A stretch of DNA of 64,000 bases, from contig NC_042998.1 of assembly GCF_006345805.1 (NCBI RefSeq), positions 183,520,001 to 183,584,000 of the forward strand, written 5' to 3'. Every line of letters begins with the position of its first letter. Positions within the stretch are counted from its first letter, which is position 1. This stretch comes from Octopus sinensis (Eukaryota). The translations under genes were made by a program, and so were the position numbers. Below the pieces are notes generated by a model. The model saw nothing but the letters and a program-made list of their open reading frames with translations, ran no database searches and was not told where the DNA came from. This document shows positions 50,541 to 63,808 of the stretch, piece by piece.

Positions 50541-50747
50541 AAAACGATTTCTGTTCAATCTGCGTTCAGCTCCATTTCTTCAATTCACCAATAATGTTTT
50601 AATTTCAATTATCCGCACCAACGCACGGTTGCAACACCATATGGTTGTACCTCCAACCGTGCTGTTTACTGCTGTGATTTTTGCTACTAAGGTATCGGTT
50701 AAACTTTTGATTAATCTACTACAAGATTATTCATCTTTCTATTTCAC

Positions 50748-50749
<2 letters not shown>

Positions 50750-50787
<38 letters not shown>

Positions 50788-50910
50788 TATGCATGTACAT
50801 GTATATATATATATATATATATGCATGTACATGTATATATATATATATATATATGCATATGCATGTACATGTATATATATATATATATGCATGTACATGT
50901 ATATATATAT
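50750..50910. repeat. Alternating purine-pyrimidine minisatellite ((TA)n with TGCATATGCATGTACATG units)
   Basis: Direct inspection. Confidence 0.9.
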
Positions 50911-51789
50911 GATGTAGCACATGGGTTAACCTTGTTCTTGTTTAAATGAACTATACATAGAACTAAATTTAGAGATGTCAAAATTATCAGCATGAAAATA
51001 GTATTTTCCATTTTCAATTCACAAAAACAGCTTGAAATTTATGAAAGAGTTCTAGAATTAGATTTTTTTGTTATCAAACTAAAACCTTTTCAATCATTGC
51101 AAATATATTTATCCTGTTTTAGCAACGAAATGATGATAATGATGATGATAAAGAAGATAAAAAAATGTACACAAATTTCAAGAACTTTCTACTCATTTGT
51201 CTAGTCTTCCCTCTGTTGCATACAGCCTTCACTTCCCATGTGACAGAGAACAGTTTTGGCTCAATCCAGCAAACAATATCTAATCTGTGCATGACCTCAA
51301 GGGCTGTGGACTACGGAAAAGTTGAGACAGATGCAACAACAAAAAACATGAACTGATAAAATTTATCCAAATGCCTGAAAACTTGAAATTTCAAAGAACA
51401 ACTGACAACTAGTGTAGGTTATCTAGCTGAGAGATGCCAAATCTATTTATTGTGGCAAACAAAAAAAAAATATAAGTTTTGAAAGTAATCCTGTTTTTCG
51501 CAGGTTACACCATTTAGTTTTTACATCTGTTTTTACATGCTGGCATGGGTTAGATGAAAATTTTAAGGCAGCTTTTTTTATAGTTTAATGCCTAACTACC
51601 TCCAACCCTTACCTACTTCCCAAGTAAGATTTATTTCCATTTTTACCCCATTCTACTACTCTTCACACACCAAAAACTGAAACTACTGGGCTTTTGTTAA
51701 GTCGGGAATGTAAATGAAAACACATTTTTTTTTGTCAGACAGAGTTGATAAGGACACATAGAATAACAGTGACATACATATATGGGGTG

Positions 51790-52030
51790 GAGGTGCGTAG
51801 CTTAGTGGTTAGGGTGTTGAACTCGTGATCTTAAAGTTGTGGTTTCGATTCCTGAACCAGGCGATGCGTTGTGTTCTTGAGCAAAACACTTCATTTCACG
51901 TTGCTCCAGTCCACTCAGCTGGCAAAAATGAGTAATCTTGCAATGGACTGGCGTCCTGTCCAGGTGGGGAATTTCTACGCCACTGAAACCAGGAAACCGG
52001 CCCTTATAAGCCTAGCATGGCTTGAGAAGG
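51790..52030 (+). mobile_element. tRNA-derived SINE
   Basis: A-box-like TAGCTTAGTGG, B-box GTTTCGATTCC, central block shared with 10903-11238; similar copy at 39090-39300. Confidence 0.8.
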
Positions 52031-52143
52031 AACATTTATATACATATATGGTGAAATTCTCAGTTTCTGTCCACCAGTTCTACTCCTAAGATATTGGCTG
52101 GTCAGAGGCTATAGTAGAATACACTTGTCTAAAGTAATACATT

Positions 52144-52387
52144 TAGGGGTTGGACAAAATAATAGAAAAACCTAACATCATATCCTCCACCATCATCACT
52201 ACAAGAACTGGAGACTGTTTTAGCTGAAGAATGGACAAAAATTCCTTTGGAAGCAATTCAAACTTTGTATGAGTCCATATCTCATAGACTTCAAGTTGTA
52301 ATTACTGCCAAAGGTGGTCCTGCCCCATATTAAAATAAATTTGTTTGAAATTTTAAGGTGTTTCCATTATTTTGTCCAACCTCTGTA
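52144..52387 (+). mobile_element. Internally deleted Tc1-like element
   Basis: TIRs AGGGGTTGGACAAAATAAT / ATTATTTTGTCCAACCTCTG|TA; retains transposase C-terminus LQELETVLAEEWTKIPLEAIQTLYESISHRLQVVITAKGGPAPY* (stop 52331-52333). Confidence 0.88.
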
Positions 52388-52539
52388 GACATATTTTAGT
52401 TTTAGGTATATACCTATGGATAAGCGGCTTCTTTTTCAAATTACTATTCATAAAACTTGGAATTTAATAAAACATAACTTTCAGAAAACTAGGAAATAAT
52501 AATAATAATAATAATCATCATTATCCTCCTCCTCATCAT

Positions 52540-53270
52540 CATCATCACCATCACCACCACCAACAACAACAACATCCATTGCCATGCTGGCATGGGAAGG
52601 ATGGTTTGACCAGAGCTGGCAAGCTGCACCAGGGTCCAGTCAGATTTGGCATGGTTTCTACAGCTGGATACCCTTCCTAATGCCAACCACTTCATAGAAT
52701 GTGCTGGGTGCTTTCACAAGGCACTACCATGAGTGCTTTACACCAAAGTAATGTGCTAAATTATACAACTGGCATTCAATTCATCATACATTTTACTTCC
52801 CTTGTTTATAATATTTGGTGCCGAGAACAATGTTTCATATGAATACATCATCATCATCATCGTTTAGCGTCCGTTTTCCATGCTAGCATGGTTGGACGGT
52901 TCTACTGGGGTCTGTGAAGCCAGAAGGCTTCATCAGGCCCAGTCAAATCTGGCAGTGTTTCTACGGCTGGATGCCCTTCCTAACGCCAACCACTCCGTGA
53001 GTGTAGTGGGTGCTTTTTACGTGCCACCCACACAGGTGCCAGACAGAGCTGGCAAACGGCCACGAACGGATGGTGCTTTTTATGTGCCACCGGCATGAGG
53101 GCCAGGCGAGGCTGGCAACGGATACGAACGGATGGTGCTTTTTACGTGCCATCGGCACGAGGCCAGTCGGGGCGGTGCTGGCAACGGTCGCGAAACGGAA
53201 GGTTCTCTTACATGCCACCGGCACTGGTAACACATCTGCAATTTCCATTGATCGATTTCGATTCTGATCC
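52540..53270 (-). mobile_element. Two SINE family A copies, the second with four subrepeat units
   Basis: Family A cores at 52540-52740 and 52848-53270. Confidence 0.85.
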
Positions 53271-54094
53271 TCATAGATGAGAATATGGTTGGGAGAACTT
53301 ATGTATGAATGTCAAGGAGCACCAAAAGTTTCGAGAATGCAATTCCACAGAGAAATTCAGTCAGCATATTTTTTGATACTTACTTGTACACATTCACATT
53401 CGATTTCTAAATTTGTTATAAAAGTAAAGAATTCTTGCTTCCACATAGAAATGCATTAGAAGTCAACTAACTGCAATACGGATCTCTTAAATTCAACCAC
53501 TCAACTACATTTAATTTCAGATTTGTGGAATCTGCTTCACTGAGATATTCTATAAATTATATTGTTATCACTAACTCACTGAATTGAATAAAAATCTAGC
53601 AGAAAACCACCCACTCACAACCTTTAGAACTCCTATAAAATGTTTTGTGTGTTACTCAAGAGTCTTACAGCTGGTTTCTTCAAAACATTTTTTTCATTTT
53701 TGGGAAGCACTTGAAACTTTAAACTTTCTAAATCTTGTTGAGATATGCTGAGTTTACTCTCAAAACTTGATTAGACATCACATAAAGTTTCATGAAATCT
53801 TAAGTTCATTCAGGTGAAATGAAAATGCATAGAAAGTTTAAGCTTATTTAGCCAAGCAAAATTATTTGGCTAAGGAATATCAATGCCTTATATCTAAAAA
53901 TAGCCTGATTTCAATTATAACAATTCAACAAATTTTTCAAGTACTTAATTTCAACTCAACCATCATACAGTATTCTGCCTCAGTAAAAACAATTGTAGAC
54001 TGATCCAACTTCATATAAATATAAATATATACACCATTGAAGCCACTGGAAAATATACAGAGCATATATATTTAATAATAATAATGATATATAT

Positions 54095-54610
54095 GTCATC
54101 ATCATCATCATTTTAATGTCCACTTTTCCTTTGCTTGCATAAGTTGGACAAAGTTTATTGAGGCAGATTTTCTACAGCTGGATGCCCTTCCTGTCACCAA
54201 CCCTCACCTGTTTTCAAGCAAGGTAATAATTCCCCATGGCCAGACATGTTCTCACAGAATATTGGAAATGAATGATACAACTTGTATGACGGTGACAATC
54301 ATCATGATCATCATCATCATTTAACGTCCATTTTCCGTGCTAGCATGGGTTGGACGGTTCGAACGGGGTCTGGGAAGCCAGGAGGCTGCACCAAGCTCCA
54401 GTCTGATCTGGCAGTGTTTCTACAGCTGGAAGCCCTTCCTAACGCCAACCACTCTGTGAGTGTAGTGAGAGTTTTGTACGTGCCACCGGCACGGAGGCCA
54501 GTCGAGGCGACGCTGGCAACGGCCACGTTCGGATGGTTCTTTTACATGCCACCGGCACTGGTATCACAACTACAATTTCCATTGATTTTTGAGCGATTTC
54601 AATTTCGATT
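54095..54610 (-). mobile_element. Two SINE family A copies
   Basis: Family A cores at about 54095-54300 and 54300-54610. Confidence 0.8.
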
Positions 54611-54699
54611 TTTTTGCAATTTTATAACTATCGTACAATGTCAAGACATGGAAACAAAAATGCACACACCCTCTCTCTCTCACACACACACACATATAA

Positions 54700-55293
54700 T
54701 GAGCTTATTTCAGTTTCTGCCTACTAAATTCACTCACAAGGCTTTGGTTGACCCATGGCTATAGTAGAAAACACTTGCCCAAGGTGCCGCACAGTGAGAC
54801 TAAACGCAGATCCATATAGTTGGGAAGCAAACTTCTTACCACACAATCGTGCTATATATCATGGTTGTGTGCTTAAGAAGTTCCTTTCACAACCACATGG
54901 ATCTGGGTTCAGTCTGTGTGGAAGTTTGATGTACACGTGTGGGTGTGTGTGTCTGATCACCTCCATGGAACTTTATAGTTGGTGTTAGTTTGTTTACATT
55001 CTTGTAACTTAGCAGTTTGGCAAAAGAGGCCAATAGAATAAGTACCAGACTTAAAATAAGAACTGGGATTGATTTGTCTGACTAAACCCTTCAACATGGT
55101 CACACAAGTAAAAGAATTTATCCAAAGGTGCAGGAGTGGCAGTGTGGTAAGAAGCTAGCTTCCTAACCACATGGTTCTGGATTCAGCCCCACTGCGTGAC
55201 ACCTTGGGCAAGTGTCTTCTACTATAGCCTCGGGCTAACCAAAGCCTTGTGAATGGATTTGGAAGATGGAAACTGAATGAAGCCTGTTGTGTG

Positions 55294-55328
<35 letters not shown>

Positions 55329-56605
55329 GTACCACCAGACCAGGGATCCTGGCTGGTTCAAGCGAAATCGAATTGAACCAGCCAGGATCCCTGGTCTGGT
55401 GGTACGTAAAAAACACTATCCGACTCGTGGCCGATGCCAGCGCCGCCTCGACTGGCTTCCGTGCCGGTGGCACATAAAATACAGCAATCCGACCGTGGCC
55501 GTTGCCAGCCTCGCCTGGCACCTGTGCAGGTGGCACGTAAAAAGCACCCACTACACTCACGGAGTTGTTGGCGTTAGGAAGGGCATCCAGCTGTAGAAAC
55601 ATTGCCAGATAAGACTGGAGCCTGGTGCAGCCTCCTGGCTTCCTAGATCCCCGGTTGAACCGTCCAACCCATGCTAGCATGGAGAACAGACGTTAAACGA
55701 TGATGATGATGATATATATATATATAATAAAATACAAAATGGGACAAGGACGCAAAACAGCTGGACAACTAGATGATACAAAAAGGGACAACAAATCATC
55801 CAGATAGATGATACAAAAAAACAAGGGCGGGTCATTTGAAACCTTTTATCTTCAGTCAAGAACCGGATCATCCTTGCAATTTCGGCTGAATATATATATA
55901 TATTTGTGTGTCTGTGTTTGTCTCCCCACAATCGCTTGACAACCGATGTTGGTGTGTTTATGTCCCCATAACTTAGCAGTTTGGCAAAAGGGACCAATAG
56001 AATAAGTACCAGGCTTATAAAGAATAAGTACTGGAGTAGATATAATTAATGAGATCCTTGAAGATGGTACTCTAGCTTGGCTACAGTCCAATGTTTGTAG
56101 CCAGCAAGAGAATAAAAGTATGTAAGTTATTTAAATGTGAATCATTCTGCTAGAACAGCAAGATATAAGAACTTGCAGACAATAATGAAGATTCATAAAG
56201 GTGGACCCGCAGTAAGAAGTTTCCTTCCCAAACACATGGCGCAAATTCAGTCCCGCTGTGTAGTACTCTAGATAAGTGTCTCCTACTATAGCCCTAGGCC
56301 AACCAAAGCCTTGAGAGTGGTGGCACGTAAAAAGCACCATCTGATTATGGCCGTTGCCAGCTTCGTCTGGTCTCCGTGTCGGTGGCATGTAAAAAGCACC
56401 ATCTGATCGTGGTCGTTTGCCAGCCTCGTCTGGCATGTAAAAAGCACCCACTACACTCACGGAGTGGTTGGCATTAGGAATGGCATCCAGCTGTAGAAAC
56501 ATTGCCAGGTCAGACTGGGCCTGGTGCAGCCTTCTGGCTTCCCAGACCCCAGTTGAATCGTCCAACCCATGCTAGCATGGAAAGTGGATGTTAAATGATG
56601 ATGAA
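54700..56605. mobile_element. Cluster of nested family C and family A SINEs
   Basis: Family C pieces at 54700-55326, 55900-56090 and 56200-56320; family A at 55362-55712 and 56320-56605. Confidence 0.8.
55326..55408. repeat. Perfect 36-bp inverted repeat with an 11-nt loop
   Basis: TACGTACCACCAGACCAGGGATCCTGGCTGGTTCAA / TTGAACCAGCCAGGATCCCTGGTCTGGTGGTACGTA. Confidence 0.97.
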
Positions 56606-57229
56606 GAAACTGAAAGAAGATCATTGTGTGTGTGTATGTGTGCGCGCATGTGTTACTGTATCTTTCACATCATGTGATGGTTATAAACGAGTGTTGCTAT
56701 TATGTAAGCAGCATCTTTATTTCCAATCTTCCTTGAAAACATATATGACCATGAAGAAAAACAATTACCTTGCTTGGAAATAGGTGAGGTTTGGCAATAT
56801 AAAGTGCCATAAAAAATCTGTCTTGACAACTTGTGTCCGAGTCATGTGAGCATTGAAAAGTGGACGTCAAAAACGATAATGAATAATATTAGTAATGAAT
56901 AATGAAGTTCTCCTCACACAAGAGAATAACATTTGATGCATCAAGAATTATGAAAGCTAAGCATTGTAAGGCTAAAGGTTGATATAAATCCACTAATACT
57001 GATAGATCTGTTTATAAATACCAAGTGATGAATGCTCTTGAGAATAATCATTATTATCAAGATCACTTAATTTTGTCACAAAGGCACACATCATTGGTAA
57101 GGGAGTGTAATCAATTTAAATTTGTCCCATTATTTTGACTAGGTTTTAATTTATTGATCCCTAGATGGGTAAAAGTTGAAGTTCACTTTCATAGGATTAA
57201 AACAAAAATGATGAATTGATCTTTTATGT

Positions 57230-57925
57230 TTTATTTGTTTTAGTCACTGGATTGTGGCTGGGCTGGGGCATTGCCTTGAAGGATTTAATCAAATCAAGAC
57301 CCCAATACTTATGTCTTTTGTTTTTTTAAAAAAACTCTGGTACTTATTTTATTGGACTCTTTTGCTAAAGTACTGGGTTACAAAGACATAAACAAACCAA
57401 TACTGGTTGTTATGCAAGGGTGGGGGGATGCATGACAAATACAAACACAAAGACACACAAAAATAGACATATTATATACAGGGCACCATTCGAGTGTGAT
57501 CATTACTAACGTCGCCTTAGTGGCACCTGTGCCGGTGGCATGTGTAAAAAGATTCGAGCGAGGTCATTGCCAGTACTGCCTGACCGGCCCTGTGCCGGTG
57601 GCATGTAAAAAGCCACCATTACACTCTCAGAGTGGTTGGTGTTAGGAAGGGCATCCAGCTGTAGAAACTCTGCCAGATCAATATTGGAGTCTGGTGCGGC
57701 CATCTGGTTCGCCAGCCCTCAGTCAAAATCGTCCAACCCATGCTAGCATGGAAAGCGGTCGTTAAACGATGATGATGATGATGAATAGGCTTCCACACAG
57801 TTTCCATCAGCCAAATTCACTCACAGGACATTGGTTGGCCTGCGGCTATAGTAGAAGATACAATGGAACTGAATTTGAAACCATATGGTTGCAAAACAAG
57901 CTTATTAACCACACAGCTATGCCTA
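57230..57925. mobile_element. Family C SINE (minus) split by a family A SINE (57485-57783, plus)
   Basis: Homology to both families. Confidence 0.78.
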
Positions 57926-58614
57926 CACATACACATAGCCATATTTGGGATAGGGCCTTTTTTGAAATACTGTAATGAATAATAGAAATGACATTAGGCA
58001 GAAACATGGTTGTAATGGAAATAAAACTTTTAGACTCACAAAAACAAAATTTGAAGGAACAGGAGTAATTATATAAACAAAGACAACAAAATAATACTTG
58101 CCAGTTGACTAGAATCTGGAGTATTTCAAATATAGGATCTCTAATATAAAGATTATTGAATTCTAAAATTTCATATTATGTTCAGTAACTGAACAATCAT
58201 TTTTAACACCTTTATAATTAAATATGCGTATTGAAAATCAATTCATTTGTTTCAGTTTCTTCATCATCAACAAAATCAATTAAACATCAATTTTTCATTG
58301 CAAATGTAAATTGAACAGTTTGTGTAGAACAGTTTCTCTAACCTGTCTCCTATTTAATCTATAATGGCAAACTAAGAGAAATGGAATCAAACTACTTTGC
58401 CACGATTCTTTCTTTGCTTCCTCATAAACCCGACATCCCTATTGGAACAAGGCATTTAAACTATTGACGCACTACAAGTAATATGCAACAACCAATGGTT
58501 CAATATTAAGCTATGTTAGCACTCCATCTCTCCAACAATTAAACTCCCGTTTACAAGACAACAAGGAGTCTAGATGGTGGCTTGATCTGCTAGAAACAAC
58601 AGCCAAACCTTCCT

Positions 58615-59181
58615 TTAAACCTTTAGTATTCAGATTACTCTGTCAAATGTAATGCTTATTTGTTAACATTGTTTTGAATTAACCATGCATTCATTATCTT
58701 GTAGCTTTGAGATTTTGGTGATGATAGTGTTCATTTTTAGAATGACATTGTAGAATAGGTGTGAGAGGCAAGATCTGGCCAGTTTGAACATAAAACAAGG
58801 AGGAATATTTGGGCCTGATATCATCATCATCATCATTTAGCATCTATTATTCATACTGGCATGGGTTGGACGGTTTGATCAGGGCTGATAAGTTGGGAGG
58901 CTGAACCAGACTCCAGTCTGATTTGGCATGGTTTCTACTGCTGGGTGCCCTTCCTAATGCCAACCACTCAGAGAATGTAATGGATGCTTTTACATGCCAC
59001 TGGTATCTGCCATGACTGCAATTTTACTTGACTTGATGAATCTTCTAACCCAGAGGCATCCTGTCTTAAATTTCTCTGTTATCTTGAGGATTATCACGAA
59101 CAAGAGGGGGCTGAGGACCGATCCTTGGTGAACCCCTACTTGTACCCTGAATTTTTCATGGTTTAAATGCTAAAGGGTTAA
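58615..59181 (-). mobile_element. piggyBac-type MITE, family 2, interrupted by a family A SINE (58820-59045) and further inserted DNA
   Basis: Both MITE ends present; ends GCTAAAGGG-TTAA. Confidence 0.75.
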
Positions 59182-59844
59182 ATCATATCCCCTAGATACA
59201 CAAGATCTTAATGTAAGATGGGTTGGTCACAGCTGGAATGATTTTGTCATAGGCTTGCTAGAGTAGAGCTGACTTGAAGTAAACAACAACTACAAAAGAA
59301 AAAAAAGCAACTCCCCTCCCACCAAAAACTCAATAATCCCATGTCTTGTTCTTCCATTACTCTTATAGCGCTCCCACCAGAACTCTATATTGAACATGTT
59401 TTCTCAATCCTTCTTCGCCAGAGCTAAATCTCTATCAAAACCCCTCTTGCCTGTTTTTGTTTTTGTTTCAATTTCGTTCTAATCTGAAACAATTCAAATG
59501 AATAAATTTTAACAACACAAACTTCACCTGGTTAATCCCTATTATGGAAACTAGAAAGATCTAGAAAAGCTACGAGCAATGACTTTCTTCTTCAGTTTAA
59601 CAGATAGAAGAAAAATGTAATCAAATACATGAATGTCAATAGAAAAATAGAAATAAACAAATATAAATATAGCGTGTGAGGGAAAATACTTCATTGCAAA
59701 TCTAGGAAACATGTAATTTCCTGTTAATTTTTTACTTCTTATTTAAAATTTAATTTAATGGCATTTATAACTACATTAAATAACAGATAATTATATATCT
59801 AATCTAGTTAATATGTTCACACATTCTGAAATAGACATGCATAC

Positions 59845-60538
59845 TATGCATATACATACATATATATATATATATATATACATATTCATACATGTACGCA
59901 CATATATACATACATGCATATGTACATACATACATATATATATGCATACATACATATAAATATATATATACATACATATACATATATATACATTTACATA
60001 TATACATATACATATATATACATACATGCATATGTACATACATACATATATATATACACATATATATATACATACATATATATATATACATATATATATA
60101 CACATATATATATACACATATATATATACATACATGCATATGTACATACATATATATACACACATACATGTATACATACATATATACATACATATATATA
60201 CATATGTACATACATATATATACATATGTACATACATATATACATATGTACATACATATATATATATATATATACATATTCATACATGTACGCACATATA
60301 TACATACATGCATATGTACATACATACATATATACATACATGCATATGTACATACATACATATATATATGCATACATACATATAAATATATATATACATA
60401 CATATACATATATATACATTTACATATATACATATACATATATATATACATACATATATATACACACATATATATACATACGCATATATATATAAACATA
60501 TATATATAAACATATATATATAAACATATATATACACA

Positions 60539-60592
<54 letters not shown>

Positions 60593-60662
60593 CACACATA
60601 CATGTATACATACATATATACATACATATATATACATATGTACATACATATATATACATATG

Positions 60663-60702
<40 letters not shown>

Positions 60703-60712
60703 CATACATATA
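59845..60712. repeat. Long (TA/CA)n compound satellite
   Basis: About 870 bp of alternating purine-pyrimidine sequence; source of all ORFs at 59791-60803. Confidence 0.97.
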
Positions 60713-61795
60713 TATTATAAAATCTCATTATCATTATTCTTATAAACCAAAACTGTTGTTCGCTAAAGCAATTCCTATAATTGCATGACATAAAAGAAAA
60801 CAAAAATTCTACAGGGAAAATTTAGATAAAATATGAATTTCGATAAATTAAAACCAATCTATTTATAGAAGTTACTAATTTCATATCATTCTGTCATTCT
60901 GATTCAAATAAAGCTGTTTAAGAGAATGAGGAGACGACTGCACAATATCTATAAATAGCAAGTCATATCTAGATGTATTGTAATAATAGCAATTAGAAGG
61001 AGAGACGAAAAGAGAATGGTGTGTGAAAAGATTAGTTGAGATGCTAGTCAGCCATGGCTATGTTTACATGAAGCTGATATCATCATGCCAAAGACAAGGA
61101 TTCAGTTTAATATCGTCCACTAACTTTCAATAAAGAGGAACCTCAGATACAATGGCCAACATTAGCAGAATGTGGCAGGTTAATTATATAATAAATAATT
61201 GGACAAAAGTGAATAGCTAATTTTCAGTTCAGTACAGTTCACTTCATTTGAATTAATGACAAGGTGAGTTTGATCTAATTAAGTTGTTATGGTTAATTAG
61301 CATGACAAAGCAGAATAACTTAAAGTTTCATGTTCAAGATAATAACAGATGGAGCCTCGAAATAAAATTGCCCAACCTCCAAGAAAAGGCAGTAAATTCA
61401 CCTCAAATTACACCTTGCCATTTTTTTTTAGAAAAAAAAGCATACAATTTCGATGAATAGTTCTGGATACATTATCTAAAAAACAGACAGAATGGTTATG
61501 GCTCGGACGTCTTGAGTAAAGATTCTACTCAGTTAGGTTGATTGATATCATGGCTAAACAGTAACAACATTAAACTATTATCACCATATTTACCATGGAT
61601 TAGACAAGATTATGGCTATGAACACTTTTAACTAATGATACAGGAGCTTGGGCTACTAGGAAACAGATTTTGCATTTGAATAATTTTCCTAACTCAGGAA
61701 TATATGAACAAAATGTTAAATATTTAATCAGTTCAGTATCTTCCAAGACTGCAACAAATTGAAAAACCAGCATTCCAAACATCTGATAAAGTTCT

Positions 61796-62004
61796 TTAAC
61801 TCTTTAGCATTCAGACCATCCTGTCAAATGTAATATTTATTCACAGCATTTTAAATTAATCATACATTATCTCATTGCTTTAAAATTTTGATGATATGAT
61901 TGTTTATTTTTAGAACAACACTGTAGGGTAGATGTGAGAGGCCAGAGCATAAAACAGGTAGAATACTTGGGCTGGATATGGCCAGTTTAAATGCTAAAGA
62001 GTTG
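61796..62004 (-). mobile_element. piggyBac-type MITE, family 2
   Basis: TTAA-CTCTTTAGCATTCAGA ... AAATGCTAAAGAG; homology to 8408-8635. Confidence 0.75.
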
Positions 62005-62137
62005 AGCTTTAGTGTCTAATTGTCTATCAACCTAAATGTTCATATTTCTATATCATTGCTCTTAAATATGAAAATTTCACTTTCTACAAAATCATTTCAG
62101 AATTTCTTACCTGTCTGTCTTTTATTATTTATATTAT

Positions 62138-62173
<36 letters not shown>

Positions 62174-63276
62174 CAAAAAAAAAAACTTTAACTCTTCTAA
62201 AGCAGCAGTTGCTAGAAGAACCTCATCCATAAAATTAAAATCTGGCTGAATGTTGAGACCGAACCCAGTTGAGAAACAATAAATGAGATTTACATTGTAG
62301 AAAATCAGGTCAATATATTGATTTTAATTTACAAATATCCAAAATTCTAACTTCTTAAGAAAAGTCTTTTTATTTGAAGGAAATGAATGATATTTTTGGC
62401 ATAAGTCTTCATTCAGCTGCTGCTTCCAACAGATATTCTTATTAAGCAGAAGTAGCCAAATAGATACTGTAATGGCTCATCAGCTTGTTTTTCTTGAGTT
62501 CAATTCCAAAGTAGGAATGTTGTGTAAATGAACTTATTTTTGAGAAAAGGCTTCATTCAGAGGTAGATATTGTATAAACCTGTCAGCTCATAGATCTTAA
62601 GTTCAATTCTGCAGCAGATATATTCTGTTGCATATTTGAGTAGCATACTAAGCAAAGTGTTTCAGTTCACATACCTAAAGAGTTTCAAATCATCTGAAAA
62701 TGATAAACAATCATCTATGATTAACAATCATCAATCCCCAGCATGGCCACAGCTCGTGAGCTGAAACTAGATGAAATAAAATAAAATCCTGGGTGAAATT
62801 TATCCCTTTTTCTCTTAATGCATGGAGCCTAAGTTAAGCACCGTAAATGTTCCTTGTAGTTTGGAAGCATTTACTTTCAGGGGCTTCCTACTGTCTTCAT
62901 AGATTTTTGATCAATCATATCATCCCTCACACCACTAATTATGAGACACAGAAGCACAACACAAGCAACAACACTGATTTTAGACACACATAAATTATGG
63001 CCTTCTGCCCTACTTCCATCTACCAAATTCCATTCACAGAACATGCCCAAAACGCCATTCATCAGAATTGAACCAGGAACCAAACAGTTGCAAAGCAAAC
63101 CTCTCAAAAACACAACCATACCTGAACTTATGTGCATATTGTAGGAGAATAAGTAAATAGGTGTTACTTCCATTTTGTAATAGAATGTTTTATTTGGTAT
63201 CAGGTGAAGAACCTACTACAAAAGAGCAGGATTAAAAGGCTATACCCATCTCTTTACAATATGGATCATGCTTCTA

Positions 63277-63470
63277 AGGTGGCGAGCTGGCAGAAACGTT
63301 AAGCACGCCAGGCGAAATGCTTAATGGTATTTCGTCTGTTATGTTCTGAGTTCAAATTCTGCCAAGGTCGACTTTGCCTTTCATCCTTGCGGGGTCGATA
63401 AATAAAGTACCAGCTGATTACTGGGGGTCAATGTAATCGACTATCCCCTTTGTGCCTATAGTAGAAAGGA
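63277..63470 (+). mobile_element. SINE family B
   Basis: Homology to 38183-38412. Confidence 0.85.
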
Positions 63471-63569
63471 ATATGGATCATGTTTCTAAAAGGATGAAAT
63501 TTATATTGTATTTTCCCATATCTTCAAATATTGGACAGTAAGATTCTGAGTTAAAATAGTTACCTTTAT

Positions 63570-63777
63570 CTTTTATTTGTTTCTGTCATTAATCTGCAGC
63601 CATGCTGGAGCACCATCTCAAAGAACTTTTACTTGAAGAAATTGACCCCAGTACTTAATATTTTAAAAACCTGGTACTTATTCTATTGGTCTCTTTTGCC
63701 AAACTACTAAGTTACAGGGACATAAGCATACCAACATCGGTTGTCAAGTAGGGATAGGAGCAAAGACACACACACTC

Positions 63778-63808
<31 letters not shown>

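Noticed and set aside
52880-53280. Regularly spaced repeats resembling a CRISPR array
   Set aside because: The units are degenerate subrepeats inside a SINE, there are no unique spacers and no cas genes, and the context is eukaryotic.
59791-60803. Long ORFs up to 301 aa (YIYM/HIYI repeats)
   Set aside because: They are translations of a (TA/CA)n satellite in which some frames cannot contain stops.
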